A stretch of 64,000 bases of DNA from an uncultured Ruficoccus sp. (GCA_965140785.1 OZ223521.1:32001-96000); one strand, 5' to 3'; shown: positions 48,573-59,139, numbered from the stretch's first letter. Notes: generated by a model not told the origin, from the sequence alone. Numbers and translations are program-made.

Positions 48573-50531
48573 TCAGGGAGTCTGTACCGGATATCCCCAG
48601 TCCCCCAGTGGAATGACCGGCCATGAGGTCACTTCGCCTTGCGGCCACACCGGGGAGAATAGGACGGCGATGCGAACCGGGCCCGCCGGTTGATCCGGCA
48701 GGCGGAGCATGACGCGCCGCCAGCCATTGTTGGGCAACTGGGGCGGCAGTTGCTCGGCAGACTCCACGCTGAAAGTGGCCCCGCTCGGAGACAGTACGTG
48801 CAGATTCAGTTGCTTGCCATTCTTGGTCAGGGTAGCCGCTGCTCCGTTCGGGGTGACCGCGGCGCTGGTTGTGAATCCCCAGGCGATATCCGCCGTGCCC
48901 GCCAGCTCGATTTCGTCCTGAACGAGCGCGGCCTGCCGGCTCGCGACCAGCGCGGCTCCCCGGCGAAGAGACGTCACCGGCTGCCCATAGGCGTTCGACA
49001 AGTCGATTTCGACGAAGGGCATCGTGTTTTGCCCGGAATCTGCGCCCGATTGGAAACGTGTGACGGAAGCCCTCCCCGTGGTCTCCTGGTTTTGCGCGTT
49101 GAAGGTGGGGACGTTGTGGCTGAACGAATTGGTCCGATAGTATTCCCAGCGCTGGCCGGAACGGCTGTCGAAGTACCCCGGCAGGTTGTAGCGATCGGAC
49201 CCCAGATCGCTGACCCACCGGACTCCAAGCGCGTCGAGTTCGAAGTTGCCCAGGTCGAGGTGGCCGTGATTCACTTCGTTGTAGCCGGCCTTGATTCCGA
49301 CAAAGAGGGCCGCAGGGTCCTCCCAGGCGCTTCTCATGAACACCAACTCAACAGGCCCGCGGTAATATTTGTCGAGCGCAGGCGTCTCCGACCCTGGCTG
49401 ATTTGACGAGGCATACCAGATGACATCCTCCGGGGCGACCCATTGGCTCGTCTCAATCAAGTGATGCTGAAAGTTGACGGCAAATGCACTGTTATAAGTC
49501 CGGCCCAGCCAGAATAAGGCCGCCGCGGGCTCCAGTACTTTCCCCGCCCAGCAGTCCGCATAAGCCATCGGAAGGTTCGTCGGCCCGGTACTGTAAACGG
49601 GGAACATGGCGGTTTCGGCGAGGCCCTCGGTGTCCTCCAGTCCTTCATCGGTGCCCTTGGCGCTCTCCAGGGCGGCCAAGGCATAGCAGACGTAACTGGT
49701 GGCATACTTCCAGTACCCCGGTCCCTCTCCCCATGCGCCATCCGGTCCGTATTGGCTGAGCGCCCGGGGCATAGACGCGATAGCGCGCGGCACGATCACT
49801 GCCTCATACTGAGGCGCATCGTCGCTGACCGCGAGCGCTCCGAGGATCATCCCGGTGTTGCATACCAGGTTCCAATTATGATTCGCCCCGACCCACCAGC
49901 CGTAGGTCGAATTTCCCGAATAGGCCTCAACTCCGGGCTCCAAGCCCTTCGTGATAAGCGCCTCGCGTATCACCTCGGCCTCATCCAGATCCAAATCAAA
50001 GTAGGTCCAGTCATAGCCGATCGCGACCGCGTGCGTCATCTCCGCCGTGTCGAGAAAGTGGGAAGGGTTCCAATCGGGGAAGTTGCAGACGGCAAGGAGA
50101 TTGTCGCGCAGGGCCTCGTAATAATCGCGCCGTCCGCTCCAGCGATAGGCTAGGCCGAGCGTATAGACCCGTTTCAGGCATTCTCGGCTGACCTCCAGTA
50201 TACTGTCGCGGTCCCCGCTGTCATAGTAGAGCGCGGGGGCTGACAGCAGCGCGTCGGCCTGGCGCAGGCAGTCTTCCACGTACTGTTCCAGGAGGGGATC
50301 GGACTGGGCCTGCGCCCAGAGTTCGTCGAGACGCTCATCCGTCAGGATGAGCCACGGGTGAAAAGCCGCCGCTGCGGACTGGCTCGCTTCTGTCCCGGCG
50401 GTTGGCACCGGTGCCGTGTCCGTGGCGGACGTGCCGTCGGGGGCAGCCTGAAGCGCCGGAATGGATAGGGGTGTCAGCAGGATCAGCCCGAGGGAAAGAA
50501 GGCTGAGTGGTTGGATAGGAGTAGTTTTCAT
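48573..50531 (-). CDS. Heparinase II/III-like exported oligosaccharide lyase
   Basis: Start reassigned to MKTTPIQ. WNPSHFLDTAE, HNWNLVC, DGAWGEGPGYW.Y, NHGHLDLGNF. Confidence 0.85.
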   Translation of the reverse strand: MKTTPIQPLSLLSLGLILLTPLSIPALQAAPDGTSATDTAPVPTAGTEASQSAAAAFHPWLILTDERLDELWAQAQSDPLLEQYVEDCLRQADALLSAPALYYDSGDRDSILEVSRECLKRVYTLGLAYRWSGRRDYYEALRDNLLAVCNFPDWNPSHFLDTAEMTHAVAIGYDWTYFDLDLDEAEVIREALITKGLEPGVEAYSGNSTYGWWVGANHNWNLVCNTGMILGALAVSDDAPQYEAVIVPRAIASMPRALSQYGPDGAWGEGPGYWKYATSYVCYALAALESAKGTDEGLEDTEGLAETAMFPVYSTGPTNLPMAYADCWAGKVLEPAAALFWLGRTYNSAFAVNFQHHLIETSQWVAPEDVIWYASSNQPGSETPALDKYYRGPVELVFMRSAWEDPAALFVGIKAGYNEVNHGHLDLGNFELDALGVRWVSDLGSDRYNLPGYFDSRSGQRWEYYRTNSFSHNVPTFNAQNQETTGRASVTRFQSGADSGQNTMPFVEIDLSNAYGQPVTSLRRGAALVASRQAALVQDEIELAGTADIAWGFTTSAAVTPNGAAATLTKNGKQLNLHVLSPSGATFSVESAEQLPPQLPNNGWRRVMLRLPDQPAGPVRIAVLFSPVWPQGEVTSWPVIPLGDWGYPVQTP

Positions 50532-50542
50532 GTGAGGTAAAT

Positions 50543-51328
50543 TCAGCGTTTGCCCACGGCGATATGGTGGGCAGTGAGATAGTCGTAGCTGTCTTGGATC
50601 GCCCCCCAGATGTTGCCGTCGTAGTCGTCCAGTTCCACCCCGACATATTCGGCCGCCACGGCCGCTTCGGCGGCGGCAAGCAGATCCACCTCTCCGGCTC
50701 CCGCCGCCTGGTAGGGGATCATCACGGAGGGTGCGTCGACCAGGCCGTCCTTGAAGTGGAGCACCCGCCCGCGCGATCCGATGTCCCGCACGAACTCGAC
50801 GGGGTCCAGTCCCGCTTTGGCGACCCAGAACAGGTCTGCTTCCCACAGGACGTTCTCAGGCGTCAATTCCAGGAAATATTGATAAGACGGTCGCCCATCA
50901 ATCATGCCCAGATCTTTCGCATGGTTGTGGTAACCGACCATCAGGCCGTGGGCGTGCGCGTTAGCCGCCGCCTGACAGTAAAGCTCTGCCGCCGCCTTGA
51001 GGCCGTCCATCTGGCTGAAGTTGGGGATGCCGTAGGGGGGCACCGCTGTGATCAGATATTTATGGCCCAGTTCAAGCGCAGTTTCAATCACTTCGTTCGT
51101 GCGTTCTCCGACGGGGAGCGGGCAGTGGGCAGTGGGCGCGAGCAGTCCGTAGCGGTTCAATATTTCCGCTGTCCGCGTCGGGGTCGATCCCGGAAACCCA
51201 GCCGGCTCCACACAGGGAAACCCGATCTGAGACAGTGTCCGGATCGTCCCTTCGAAGTCCATGCGCAGCTGTGTGCGTAGCGTGTACAGCTGGATCGTTA
51301 ATACCGGTATTTGGCGCTCAGTCAGCAT
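50543..51328 (-). CDS. Sugar phosphate isomerase/epimerase (TIM barrel)
   Basis: IQLYTLR, GYHNH, EADLFW, LHFKD, VELD. Confidence 0.85.
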   Translation of the reverse strand: MLTERQIPVLTIQLYTLRTQLRMDFEGTIRTLSQIGFPCVEPAGFPGSTPTRTAEILNRYGLLAPTAHCPLPVGERTNEVIETALELGHKYLITAVPPYGIPNFSQMDGLKAAAELYCQAAANAHAHGLMVGYHNHAKDLGMIDGRPSYQYFLELTPENVLWEADLFWVAKAGLDPVEFVRDIGSRGRVLHFKDGLVDAPSVMIPYQAAGAGEVDLLAAAEAAVAAEYVGVELDDYDGNIWGAIQDSYDYLTAHHIAVGKR

Positions 51329-51366
51329 ATATCAAAATGACATCTGGCATTAAAGTTATCGGGGGC

Positions 51367-53227
51367 CTATACGTCTCGATGAGGCTTATCCGAGTAGTTA
51401 AGGCATAACGGGGGAAGGGTGGGGGAGCCGACAGCCGATGTCTCCGGTTGCGCGCCAGCGGTATCAGGAGAACTGGATTCCAGAATCGCCCTAACGCGTG
51501 TCCGCGCCCGACGCCCGCCAAGGTGTAATAGCACGCCCACGCACCCGATGAATGTTGCGACCCCCAGCACACAAAGCCGGCCGGTCACGTCGTTGGGCAC
51601 AAGCAGTATCAGCAGAACGAATGCCCCCACGCAGAGAACGGCCTTGGAGAGCACGAAATACTGCTCGTAGTCGATCGTTGAGGAACCCACCTCTTTCTCG
51701 TAATCCACAGGCGTACTCATCATCTTGAAAAAACGGGCCACCTCCTCGCGCTCGGCCGACGAGCTGAAAACATGCAGGAGTCGGCAAACGGCCGTTGTTG
51801 CCAGGCCAAAGACCATGATCCAGAGGGTGCGCTTCTGTATCGTCCAGTCCGTGCCGTTCACCCGCGTATCGATGAACGACCAGATCGAGGGAATCATGCA
51901 GGCTGCGAAAATCGGGAAGTAGGACCACTTCGGCAGCTTTTTCAGCCACAGTCCCATGAGCATCGGAAACCCCATGGGTACACCGATGACCGACCCGATG
52001 ATGAGGTAGGTATCAAACAGGGCGACCGTGCCCTGCCGCGCAATCAAGACAGCATACGTGATGATGACACCGCCCAGGATAACCGTGGCCACATGACAGA
52101 TGCGGATTTCGGTCCTGGGGGAAAGGTCATCGTGGTAACCCAAGGCCCCCCGCATGCGCGGGATGATGTTCCGCACAATGTTTCCGACGACACCGTTCAG
52201 CCCGGAATCCATACTGCTCATAGTGGCGGCGAACATCGCAGCGATCAGCATGCCCAGCATTCCGTTGGGCAAAAGCCGCATCGCGATATAGGCGTACGCG
52301 CTCTCGGCGGGCTTGTTTATGGCGCTGGACATGATCTCACCTTCAAAAAGGAAGCGAGCCACCATGGGTGGAACGAACCAGACGGCGCTGCCCAGCGCCA
52401 TCAGTAAAAAGGCCCACCACGACGCCCGCGAGGCTTCCCGCCCATCGCGCGTGGAAATATAGCGCCCGGTTGAACTCAGGCTGACCTGCCCGTACAACTG
52501 CATAAAAAACACAATCGCCGCCCACTGGTACGTGAACCGATCCCCCTGGAAATCTGCCTGCGTCGTTAAAAAAACGAAAATCCTGGGCAAAGTGCGGATC
52601 ACTGAAATAATTGAAAAATGGTCCCAGCCCGCCGATGGCCCGTAACGACAGCACAAAGACCAGTAGCGTGATGGAAAACATGACCAGCGCCTGGACAAAA
52701 TCCGCGGCCATGACCGCCCACTTACCTCCCGTCGTCGAATAGAAAATAACGATCACGCCGATCGTCACCAACACCGGCAACAACGGCAAGCCCAGCACCG
52801 TGCTGGCAAAGAGCGAAAGCGCGTAGAGCTGGATCGCGGCGCCGACCGGCCCGAGGAAAACCTCGGTGAAAGCGGCGAATTGCTCGACGGGTACCCCGTA
52901 ACGCACCCGGACTACGTCCGCGGTTGTATAGGCCCGGGTCTGCCTCAGCCACCGCCCCAGAAAGAGCCCGCCAACCACGTACCCCAGGCAATTGGCGATG
53001 TAGATTACCAAGAGGCTAGGGCCAGCCTCAAAGGCGGCGGAAGCGTTCCCAGTGAAGGTGAAGGCACTGATACCGCTCATCAGCATACTGGTTCCGACCA
53101 TCCACCAAGTTCCTTGCGCCCCGCCCCGAACAAAATCACTCAGGTTTTTGTTGAACCGTGAAAATACCACCCCGAGCATCAACAGGATGCCCAGATAGAT
53201 CGCCAGCGTTATATACTCAATTTTCAT
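51367..53227 (-). pseudogene. Sodium:solute symporter, frameshifted in a G5 run at about 52545
   Basis: SAFTFTG, TTGGKWAVMAADFVQ in the first ORF; LPNGMLG..AMFAATMSSMDSGLN in the second. Confidence 0.85.
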
Positions 53228-53444
53228 CGATACGATCAGATTGAGGAGGGACGGATAGCACGCCCGTTGATTGCATCGGGGAAAAACCGATAAGGACAGC
53301 CCGAGTGGCTGTTTGCGCCCGAGCCGCTAGAGACTCATCCGCCTGGAATGAGCGATTGCGGATGGTTGATTTGGGGTTGGTTGTATTCATCGGAGCACGG
53401 GCGCACTCTTTTTTATCTTGTCACTTTCATCAACACCCCCATGG

Positions 53445-53459
53445 CTAACACATGAGAGT
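53445..53459 (+). promoter_or_regulatory. Operator motif 2 (CTAACACATGAGAGT) abutting the LacI-2 start
   Basis: 14/15 identical to the reverse complement of 54612-54626. Confidence 0.55.
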
Positions 53460-54479
53460 ATGGACGGAAAAAGAGTCACTCAATCCGATGTAGCCAAGAT
53501 AGCGGGCGTCCATCGTACGACTGTTTCTCTTGCCTTCAAGCGCCACCCCAGCATTCCCGCCGAAACGCGGGAGCGCGTTCTGCGTATCGCGGAGGAACTG
53601 GGTTACAGCCCGGATCCGATGCTGACGGCGCTAGCTTCGTATCGCAACCGTCTGCAGGTCCGCCCCTACCAGGGCACTCTTGCCTGGCTGTTGATCGACA
53701 GCCATACACTTCCCAAAGATTGGCGCCAACTGGTTAACTACATCTATTATCAAGGTGCCGTCAAACAGGCGAAAAAGTATGGCTATAATGTGGAGGTATT
53801 CGAATATTGCACCGAAAAGATGACGGCCAAACGCATGGCAGCGATCTTACGAGCTCGTAACGTCAATGGCATTCTCTTATCGCCCCAACCGCAGCCATAT
53901 ACCGTTCGGGATTTTATCTGGGATGACTTCTCTTTTATCTCTTTTGGCTACACGCTACACTCCCCCAAACTGCATATCGTAACGGCTGCCCAATACCGTT
54001 CGACGGTTCGGCTCATGGACCGCATGTACCAACTGGGCTACCGGCGCATCGCCTTCGCGTTCGACCCTACGCACGACGCGCGTGTTGATCATAATTTTAT
54101 AGCCGGTTATCTGGCTTTTCAACACACCGCCGGCGCACCAAAACTGATTTACCCCTATCGCTGGAAGTTATCAGAACTGGACGGCTTTCGGGAATTTTTG
54201 AAAACCAAGCGACCAGATGCCATCATCACCGGGGATGAGAATTTCGCCAAGTATATCCGCATGCTGGGCTTGCGTGTTCCAGAAGATATTGGAGTCGCCA
54301 GTCCCGTGGTCGATGCTCCTGATACTCACATGACGGGCTTTAACGAAAACTCCCTGCAAATTGGAGCCGTCGCCGTTGACCGCTTGACCGATATGATTAT
54401 GCGCGGGGAAAAGGGCATTCCGCCTGAAACCCAATGCACGCTCGTTGACGGTGTATGGGTTGAAGGCGATACGCTCTAA
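53460..54479 (+). CDS. LacI-family regulator 2
   Basis: VTQSDVAKIAGVHRTTVSLAF, GYSPDPML, LRVPEDIG. Start reassigned to MDGKR. Confidence 0.92.
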   Translation: MDGKRVTQSDVAKIAGVHRTTVSLAFKRHPSIPAETRERVLRIAEELGYSPDPMLTALASYRNRLQVRPYQGTLAWLLIDSHTLPKDWRQLVNYIYYQGAVKQAKKYGYNVEVFEYCTEKMTAKRMAAILRARNVNGILLSPQPQPYTVRDFIWDDFSFISFGYTLHSPKLHIVTAAQYRSTVRLMDRMYQLGYRRIAFAFDPTHDARVDHNFIAGYLAFQHTAGAPKLIYPYRWKLSELDGFREFLKTKRPDAIITGDENFAKYIRMLGLRVPEDIGVASPVVDAPDTHMTGFNENSLQIGAVAVDRLTDMIMRGEKGIPPETQCTLVDGVWVEGDTL

Positions 54480-54611
54480 CCTCTGGATTCCTGCTTCGAG
54501 ATAAAAGAGCCCTTTCGGGTTTCTTCGCCTTCTTTGGTGATCATCGTTTTTTTCGCCATGATGAAGGCTTCCTGCTCGTTTGGGACAGTCGTGCCAAGCG
54601 GCACTCGCATC

Positions 54612-54626
54612 ACTCTCATGTGTGAG
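54612..54626 (-). promoter_or_regulatory. Operator motif 2 copy upstream of the second PEP-CTERM-like gene
   Basis: ACTCTCATGTGTGAG, whose reverse complement is CTCACACATGAGAGT. Confidence 0.5.
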
Positions 54627-54834
54627 TCCGGAGGCGCTTTCTTTTTTTTAGAGATTGTTTTTATATACATCCGTCAACGTTTCATGCCCCCGATTCTATC
54701 CTCCGATGGCCCTTAATCTCATAGCGAATGTAGTCCCGCAATCTCGAGATATGAAGAGTCGAGATACAGCAATCCGGGAACCTGTATGAGCACGTCCGTT
54801 TACTCCATATTAGTCACCCTAAATCAAAAAATCC

Positions 54835-55683
54835 ATGAACAACACTATCACTAAAATCTCGTTTCTAGCTTTCTTGGGAATGACCGCATCCATGAGCCAT
54901 GCGGCTATTCTGTTTTCAGAAGACTTCAACGAATACACCGCCGGGGAGCCCATTCCGACGGGGACCGATCAGACTTGGACCATTCGCACCGAGAATACAA
55001 CTTTTGAAGCAATTGATGACACGAGCCATATTTTTTCCCCCTCCGGCAATCAATATGGCCAACTGGACTTTGATGCCGCCTCAGGCGCCGCAGATCCGTT
55101 GGCGTCCACCAACTCGTCGGCCTTCAGCGAAGGTAGCATGACCGGGAAGCTCAGCATTTCATTCTGCACCCCCGAGGCACAGAGTACCTCCGGCTATGGG
55201 TTCCTCCTGCGCATCGGCAACGCCGCCGGTAATTCTGGGACCGCCTTTGCGATGTACATTTTGAAAAACGGCCAATTGCGCCCGAGTACCACCGATGGAG
55301 GCATGGGGTATTCCTTTGCTACCTATTCGCTCGGTGTCGCCAATCAGCTCGAGATTGTCTTCAACAACTCAAATGACTCTGTCAGTTATGAAGGAGGTAC
55401 TGTCGCCTCAAGGACCATGGATGTTTATCTTAACGGATCACTGGTCGCGGACGACATAACGAGCGGAACTGGCGGTCTCGCCCTGGAATCCAATATCACG
55501 AACATCAACTTCAGCGCCAAAACCTATGCGGAGGCATTCACTGGCACTATGTATCTGAACAAAGTCGAGCTTAGCACGATTCCCGAATCCAGCGCCAGTT
55601 CCAATGCGATTGCCATCGCCTTGATCGCCGCACTGAGCCTGTTTATTCGTCACCGTTACCATTCCCGTCGGTCGTCGTTATAG
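54835..55683 (+). CDS. PEP-CTERM-like surface protein (IPES variant)
   Basis: Signal peptide (SHA-A); C-terminal IPES, hydrophobic helix and basic tail. Confidence 0.7.
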   Translation: MNNTITKISFLAFLGMTASMSHAAILFSEDFNEYTAGEPIPTGTDQTWTIRTENTTFEAIDDTSHIFSPSGNQYGQLDFDAASGAADPLASTNSSAFSEGSMTGKLSISFCTPEAQSTSGYGFLLRIGNAAGNSGTAFAMYILKNGQLRPSTTDGGMGYSFATYSLGVANQLEIVFNNSNDSVSYEGGTVASRTMDVYLNGSLVADDITSGTGGLALESNITNINFSAKTYAEAFTGTMYLNKVELSTIPESSASSNAIAIALIAALSLFIRHRYHSRRSSL

Positions 55684-55744
55684 GCCACTTGTAGTATTGG
55701 AGATAGTAAGTTTCCATATCATCCGGGAATAGGCCTTTGAGGCT

Positions 55745-55975
55745 CGGCTTGGACCCCTTAAGTTAATCCAGTATTGATGGGTAATCTTCCTTGGATTGTT
55801 TGTGGGTTGCGTTGAGGCCCGGGCAGAGGGGGCCGTAGGACGACCGCAGCCGGGGCTTGGCCTTCCGGGCGCGTTGTCTGTCCGTGAACTTCAATCGCTT
55901 GTTGCTATGCAACTCTTTCAAAACGCGTACCTCTTCTTGGAGAGACTCGATTACCTGCTGCTGTTGGCGGTTCAT
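55745..55975 (-). pseudogene. Transposase N-terminal fragment joined to an IS-end-like sequence
   Basis: MNRQQQQVIESLQEEVRVLKE...KRLKFTDRQR resembles the N-terminus of rve-type transposases; truncated. Confidence 0.55.
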
Positions 55976-56114
55976 AGGTCAGCGCTTCGCAGCTTCCTCC
56001 CATCCGTCACCATGCACAATAGAAGCTGAAACTGAGGCTAAGCCACGAAAATGCTGTCCGTCTGTAAGTCTCATTCAATGAACAACTATTCCTAAACAAT
56101 TAACGGGTCACGAA

Positions 56115-56798
56115 TTAGCTATTCGCAGTCCACACGGGCATATTCAAATCAGTATACTTGGCATTCCCGATCGTATGATACATTAAGCGTTCGAGCTTCT
56201 CGATTCCCGGGTGGCAAGACCACTGCTCCAAATAGCGCTCATGCTCGGCATTATCATTAATACCCGGAATAATGGGGCAGCGCAATCGGATGTTCGCGCC
56301 CCTATCGAGTAAGAATTGGAGGTTTGTTTTAATCAGGCTACCGTCTACGCCGGTCCATTTTTTATGGGCTTCCGCCTGGCAAAGTTTGAGATCGAAATGG
56401 AATAAATCAACCAGGGGTAGCAGATCCATCAAGCGTTCAGTCGGGGTATGACCACAAGTATCCAGGCATGTGTGGATGCCTTCGGACTTTGCCCGGCCCA
56501 GAAGCGCCCGGCAGAACGCATACTGGAGGGTGGGTTCACCGCCGGAAAGCGTCACTCCGCCCTGTGACGCCTCATAAAAATGACGATCGGCCAGGACGAG
56601 CTCCATGACCTCATCTACGCTCATATAGCGCCCGTAGCACTTTCCTGAAACACCAACTTGCGGCTTTTTCTCTTGCGATTCGGGATTGTGGCACCAGGCA
56701 CAGCGCAGGGGGCAGCCTTTGAGAAAAACCGTCGTGCGCAAGCCGGGACCGTCGTGCAACGAGGCTCGCTGAATATCAAAAACGATTCCCGATTCCAT
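56115..56798 (-). CDS. Glycyl-radical enzyme activating enzyme (radical SAM, no ferredoxin insert)
   Basis: HDGPGLRTTVFLKGCPLRCAWCHNPES, GGVTLSGGEP, LDTCG. Confidence 0.92.
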   Translation of the reverse strand: MESGIVFDIQRASLHDGPGLRTTVFLKGCPLRCAWCHNPESQEKKPQVGVSGKCYGRYMSVDEVMELVLADRHFYEASQGGVTLSGGEPTLQYAFCRALLGRAKSEGIHTCLDTCGHTPTERLMDLLPLVDLFHFDLKLCQAEAHKKWTGVDGSLIKTNLQFLLDRGANIRLRCPIIPGINDNAEHERYLEQWSCHPGIEKLERLMYHTIGNAKYTDLNMPVWTANS

Positions 56799-56801
56799 GG
56801 T

Positions 56802-58988
56802 CTAGTGCAGGGTTCTTTCGAGGATTTCGAGTTGCGCCTCCCGGGGAAGCTCGACGAAGCGTATGCTGAACCCCCCGACACGCACCATGAGGTGCCCCCA
56901 GCGCTCAGGTTCCCGCATGGCGGCCTCCAAATCCTCACGTGATACGACGGTGATCATCGCCTGTGCTCCGCCCTGATCGAAGTAAGCCTGCAGGAGGGCG
57001 CTCATTTTGGGAAACATCTCAACGCTAAACCACGCCCGGCTGAACTTCATATTCTGCACCGCCCCGGCATGAATCCCGGGATCTAGCTTCACCAGGGAGT
57101 TAAGAAAGGCGGTTACACCATTCGTATCAGCCCCCGGTGACGGATTGTTGGCATTCGCCATTGGTTGCCCAAAGCGGCGTCCATCCACACTGGCTGACGT
57201 TAACTTGCCCAGCACCGTATTCGCCCAGTTATTGATGATAACCACCAGATAGCTATCCAGCCCGACAGCCTGCGATTGTTCAGCAGTCACCTGGCAGATG
57301 TGCTCGTGTACCCGACACGCCATGGCATCGACCATGGCCTCGTCATTGCCGTACTTACTCACTTTTCGGCACGCGAGATGCACAGGCTCAAAGCCACTGA
57401 AATCGCTGTCGATAGCCTCAATCAAGTCGTGCAACGTGAATTGCTTTTGCCGGAACACCAGTTCGCGGATCACGTGCAGACTGTCCGCGGTATTCGTGTT
57501 TCCGTAGGTTTCCAACGTGCCGCCAAGATACCTGCTTCCACCTCCAAAAGCCCCCTTGTTCCTGTCCACACAGTCAGCGGTCAGCGCGCTGATGAAGGCA
57601 AATGGCGCCTCTTGAGACGCGACGTCGTATTCGATTTTCTGCTGTCGTGCCAATGCCTCGACATAGTACCGAACCACCTTATCGTAAGCGCTCCATAAAT
57701 CGTCAAAACTGCGCATGTGCTCGACCTTGGCAGCAGTCGGCACGACCACTTCCCCGGTAACAGCGTCCACGCCATCGTGCAGGGTAACTTCAAGCGCCTT
57801 CAGGAGATTAATCACCCCGTTCGGCGAGCCCACGCTGAAAGAGCCGAGCACATACTCTCCGCAGCCAAACGGAGTGTAATCAACAGCTACCTGCTCGCTG
57901 ACGCCAAAAGCGCGGGCAACGGCCGGGATATTGACATCGTCATTGTACAGCATGGGAAAGGTGCACCCCTCCCCGATAGCCTGCATGGCTCGTTCCCAGA
58001 GTTCAGGATTCTGCCCACGATAGCAGCGCAGGGATAGTTGCGGCTGGTTTTTGCGCACACGGCGCGTGGCCTCTATTGCCAGTAAAGCAAATCTGTCAGC
58101 TGAGGGCTCCTGCGGACGTCCTTTGCCGCCGACAATGAGACGATTATCGTACTGGTTGTCGTAAGCATTCATCAGATGCCAAAGCGAGCACAGCAGTTCC
58201 AGCGCCTCTGCCTCATCCAGCAGCCCGGACTCCAGATCTGCGACCAGAAAAGGGCCCAGGGCGACATCTAGCCGACCATAGTTCCACGTGCCGGCATGCA
58301 AGGCGTACAGCCAGAACAGTTGTATCGCTTCCCGAAAACACCGGGGCGCCTGATCGCCGATGCCTAAAAGCGTTTGCCTCATGCCCTCGTCCGAACAGTC
58401 GCGCACGTAGCGATCTATCGTTGCCAACATAAGCGGCACGACATGTCTGAACGACGTAGCCTCAAGAGCGTCTGCCAGCCCACCCAGTCCCAACTGAAGC
58501 AGTCTGGAATAGTCGAGAGTCGTACCTGCCATGCGGTAAAGCGGAAAGGCCACGCCACTGTCCTGCTGCCAGGCATCCGACGGCAGGCGTTGAGCTACCC
58601 ACTGGGGATATCCGGACCGTGTTTTTTCGACGGTGGTTCGCCCCCGCCAGAAATTAATCAAATCCCGGCAGGCCCGCGCCTGTGACGGATAAGCATCCGC
58701 GCCCGCCTCCAGGGCATCGAAACAGCAATAATACCCCACACTGACCGGCTCGGGGCTAAAACCAACCAAGGGATAGCGCACACGTCCGGCAAACATATCC
58801 CCTTTCTCCGGGGAGAGGAATTGCCCGGGGAACTGGACAGCCAGCACGGCGGCCTCGCGCTCCTGGCTGTCCGCATCCTCATACGCTTGATAGGCTCCCG
58901 TAAGCGCCTGCGACATTTCGACAGCCTGAGAGAAGCGCTCGGGCGTCGAGAGCCAATAGTCCTGACTTAACTCACTGAGCGTTTTCAT
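56802..58988 (-). CDS. Glycyl radical enzyme (PFL superfamily) of unknown function
   Basis: YGRLD, QPQLSLR, PFGCGEY, KYGND, C-terminal LMVRVGGF. Confidence 0.88.
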   Translation of the reverse strand: MKTLSELSQDYWLSTPERFSQAVEMSQALTGAYQAYEDADSQEREAAVLAVQFPGQFLSPEKGDMFAGRVRYPLVGFSPEPVSVGYYCCFDALEAGADAYPSQARACRDLINFWRGRTTVEKTRSGYPQWVAQRLPSDAWQQDSGVAFPLYRMAGTTLDYSRLLQLGLGGLADALEATSFRHVVPLMLATIDRYVRDCSDEGMRQTLLGIGDQAPRCFREAIQLFWLYALHAGTWNYGRLDVALGPFLVADLESGLLDEAEALELLCSLWHLMNAYDNQYDNRLIVGGKGRPQEPSADRFALLAIEATRRVRKNQPQLSLRCYRGQNPELWERAMQAIGEGCTFPMLYNDDVNIPAVARAFGVSEQVAVDYTPFGCGEYVLGSFSVGSPNGVINLLKALEVTLHDGVDAVTGEVVVPTAAKVEHMRSFDDLWSAYDKVVRYYVEALARQQKIEYDVASQEAPFAFISALTADCVDRNKGAFGGGSRYLGGTLETYGNTNTADSLHVIRELVFRQKQFTLHDLIEAIDSDFSGFEPVHLACRKVSKYGNDEAMVDAMACRVHEHICQVTAEQSQAVGLDSYLVVIINNWANTVLGKLTSASVDGRRFGQPMANANNPSPGADTNGVTAFLNSLVKLDPGIHAGAVQNMKFSRAWFSVEMFPKMSALLQAYFDQGGAQAMITVVSREDLEAAMREPERWGHLMVRVGGFSIRFVELPREAQLEILERTLH

Positions 58989-59139
58989 AGATAAGCAAAT
59001 TTGACTTCAAGGGGTCTTTAAATTGAACGTTGAAGGTCCAGGCGTCTGAGAGAGAAGTCGGCCCTGAACCCGATAATCAAAAAAATCCTGGCAGGTATGG
59101 CTGCGAATCAAAGGTACTTCGAATAACGTCAAGCATAGC

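Noticed and set aside
56802..58988. Pyruvate formate-lyase (pflB)
   Set aside because: Lacks the adjacent Cys-Cys pair and the RVSGY motif.
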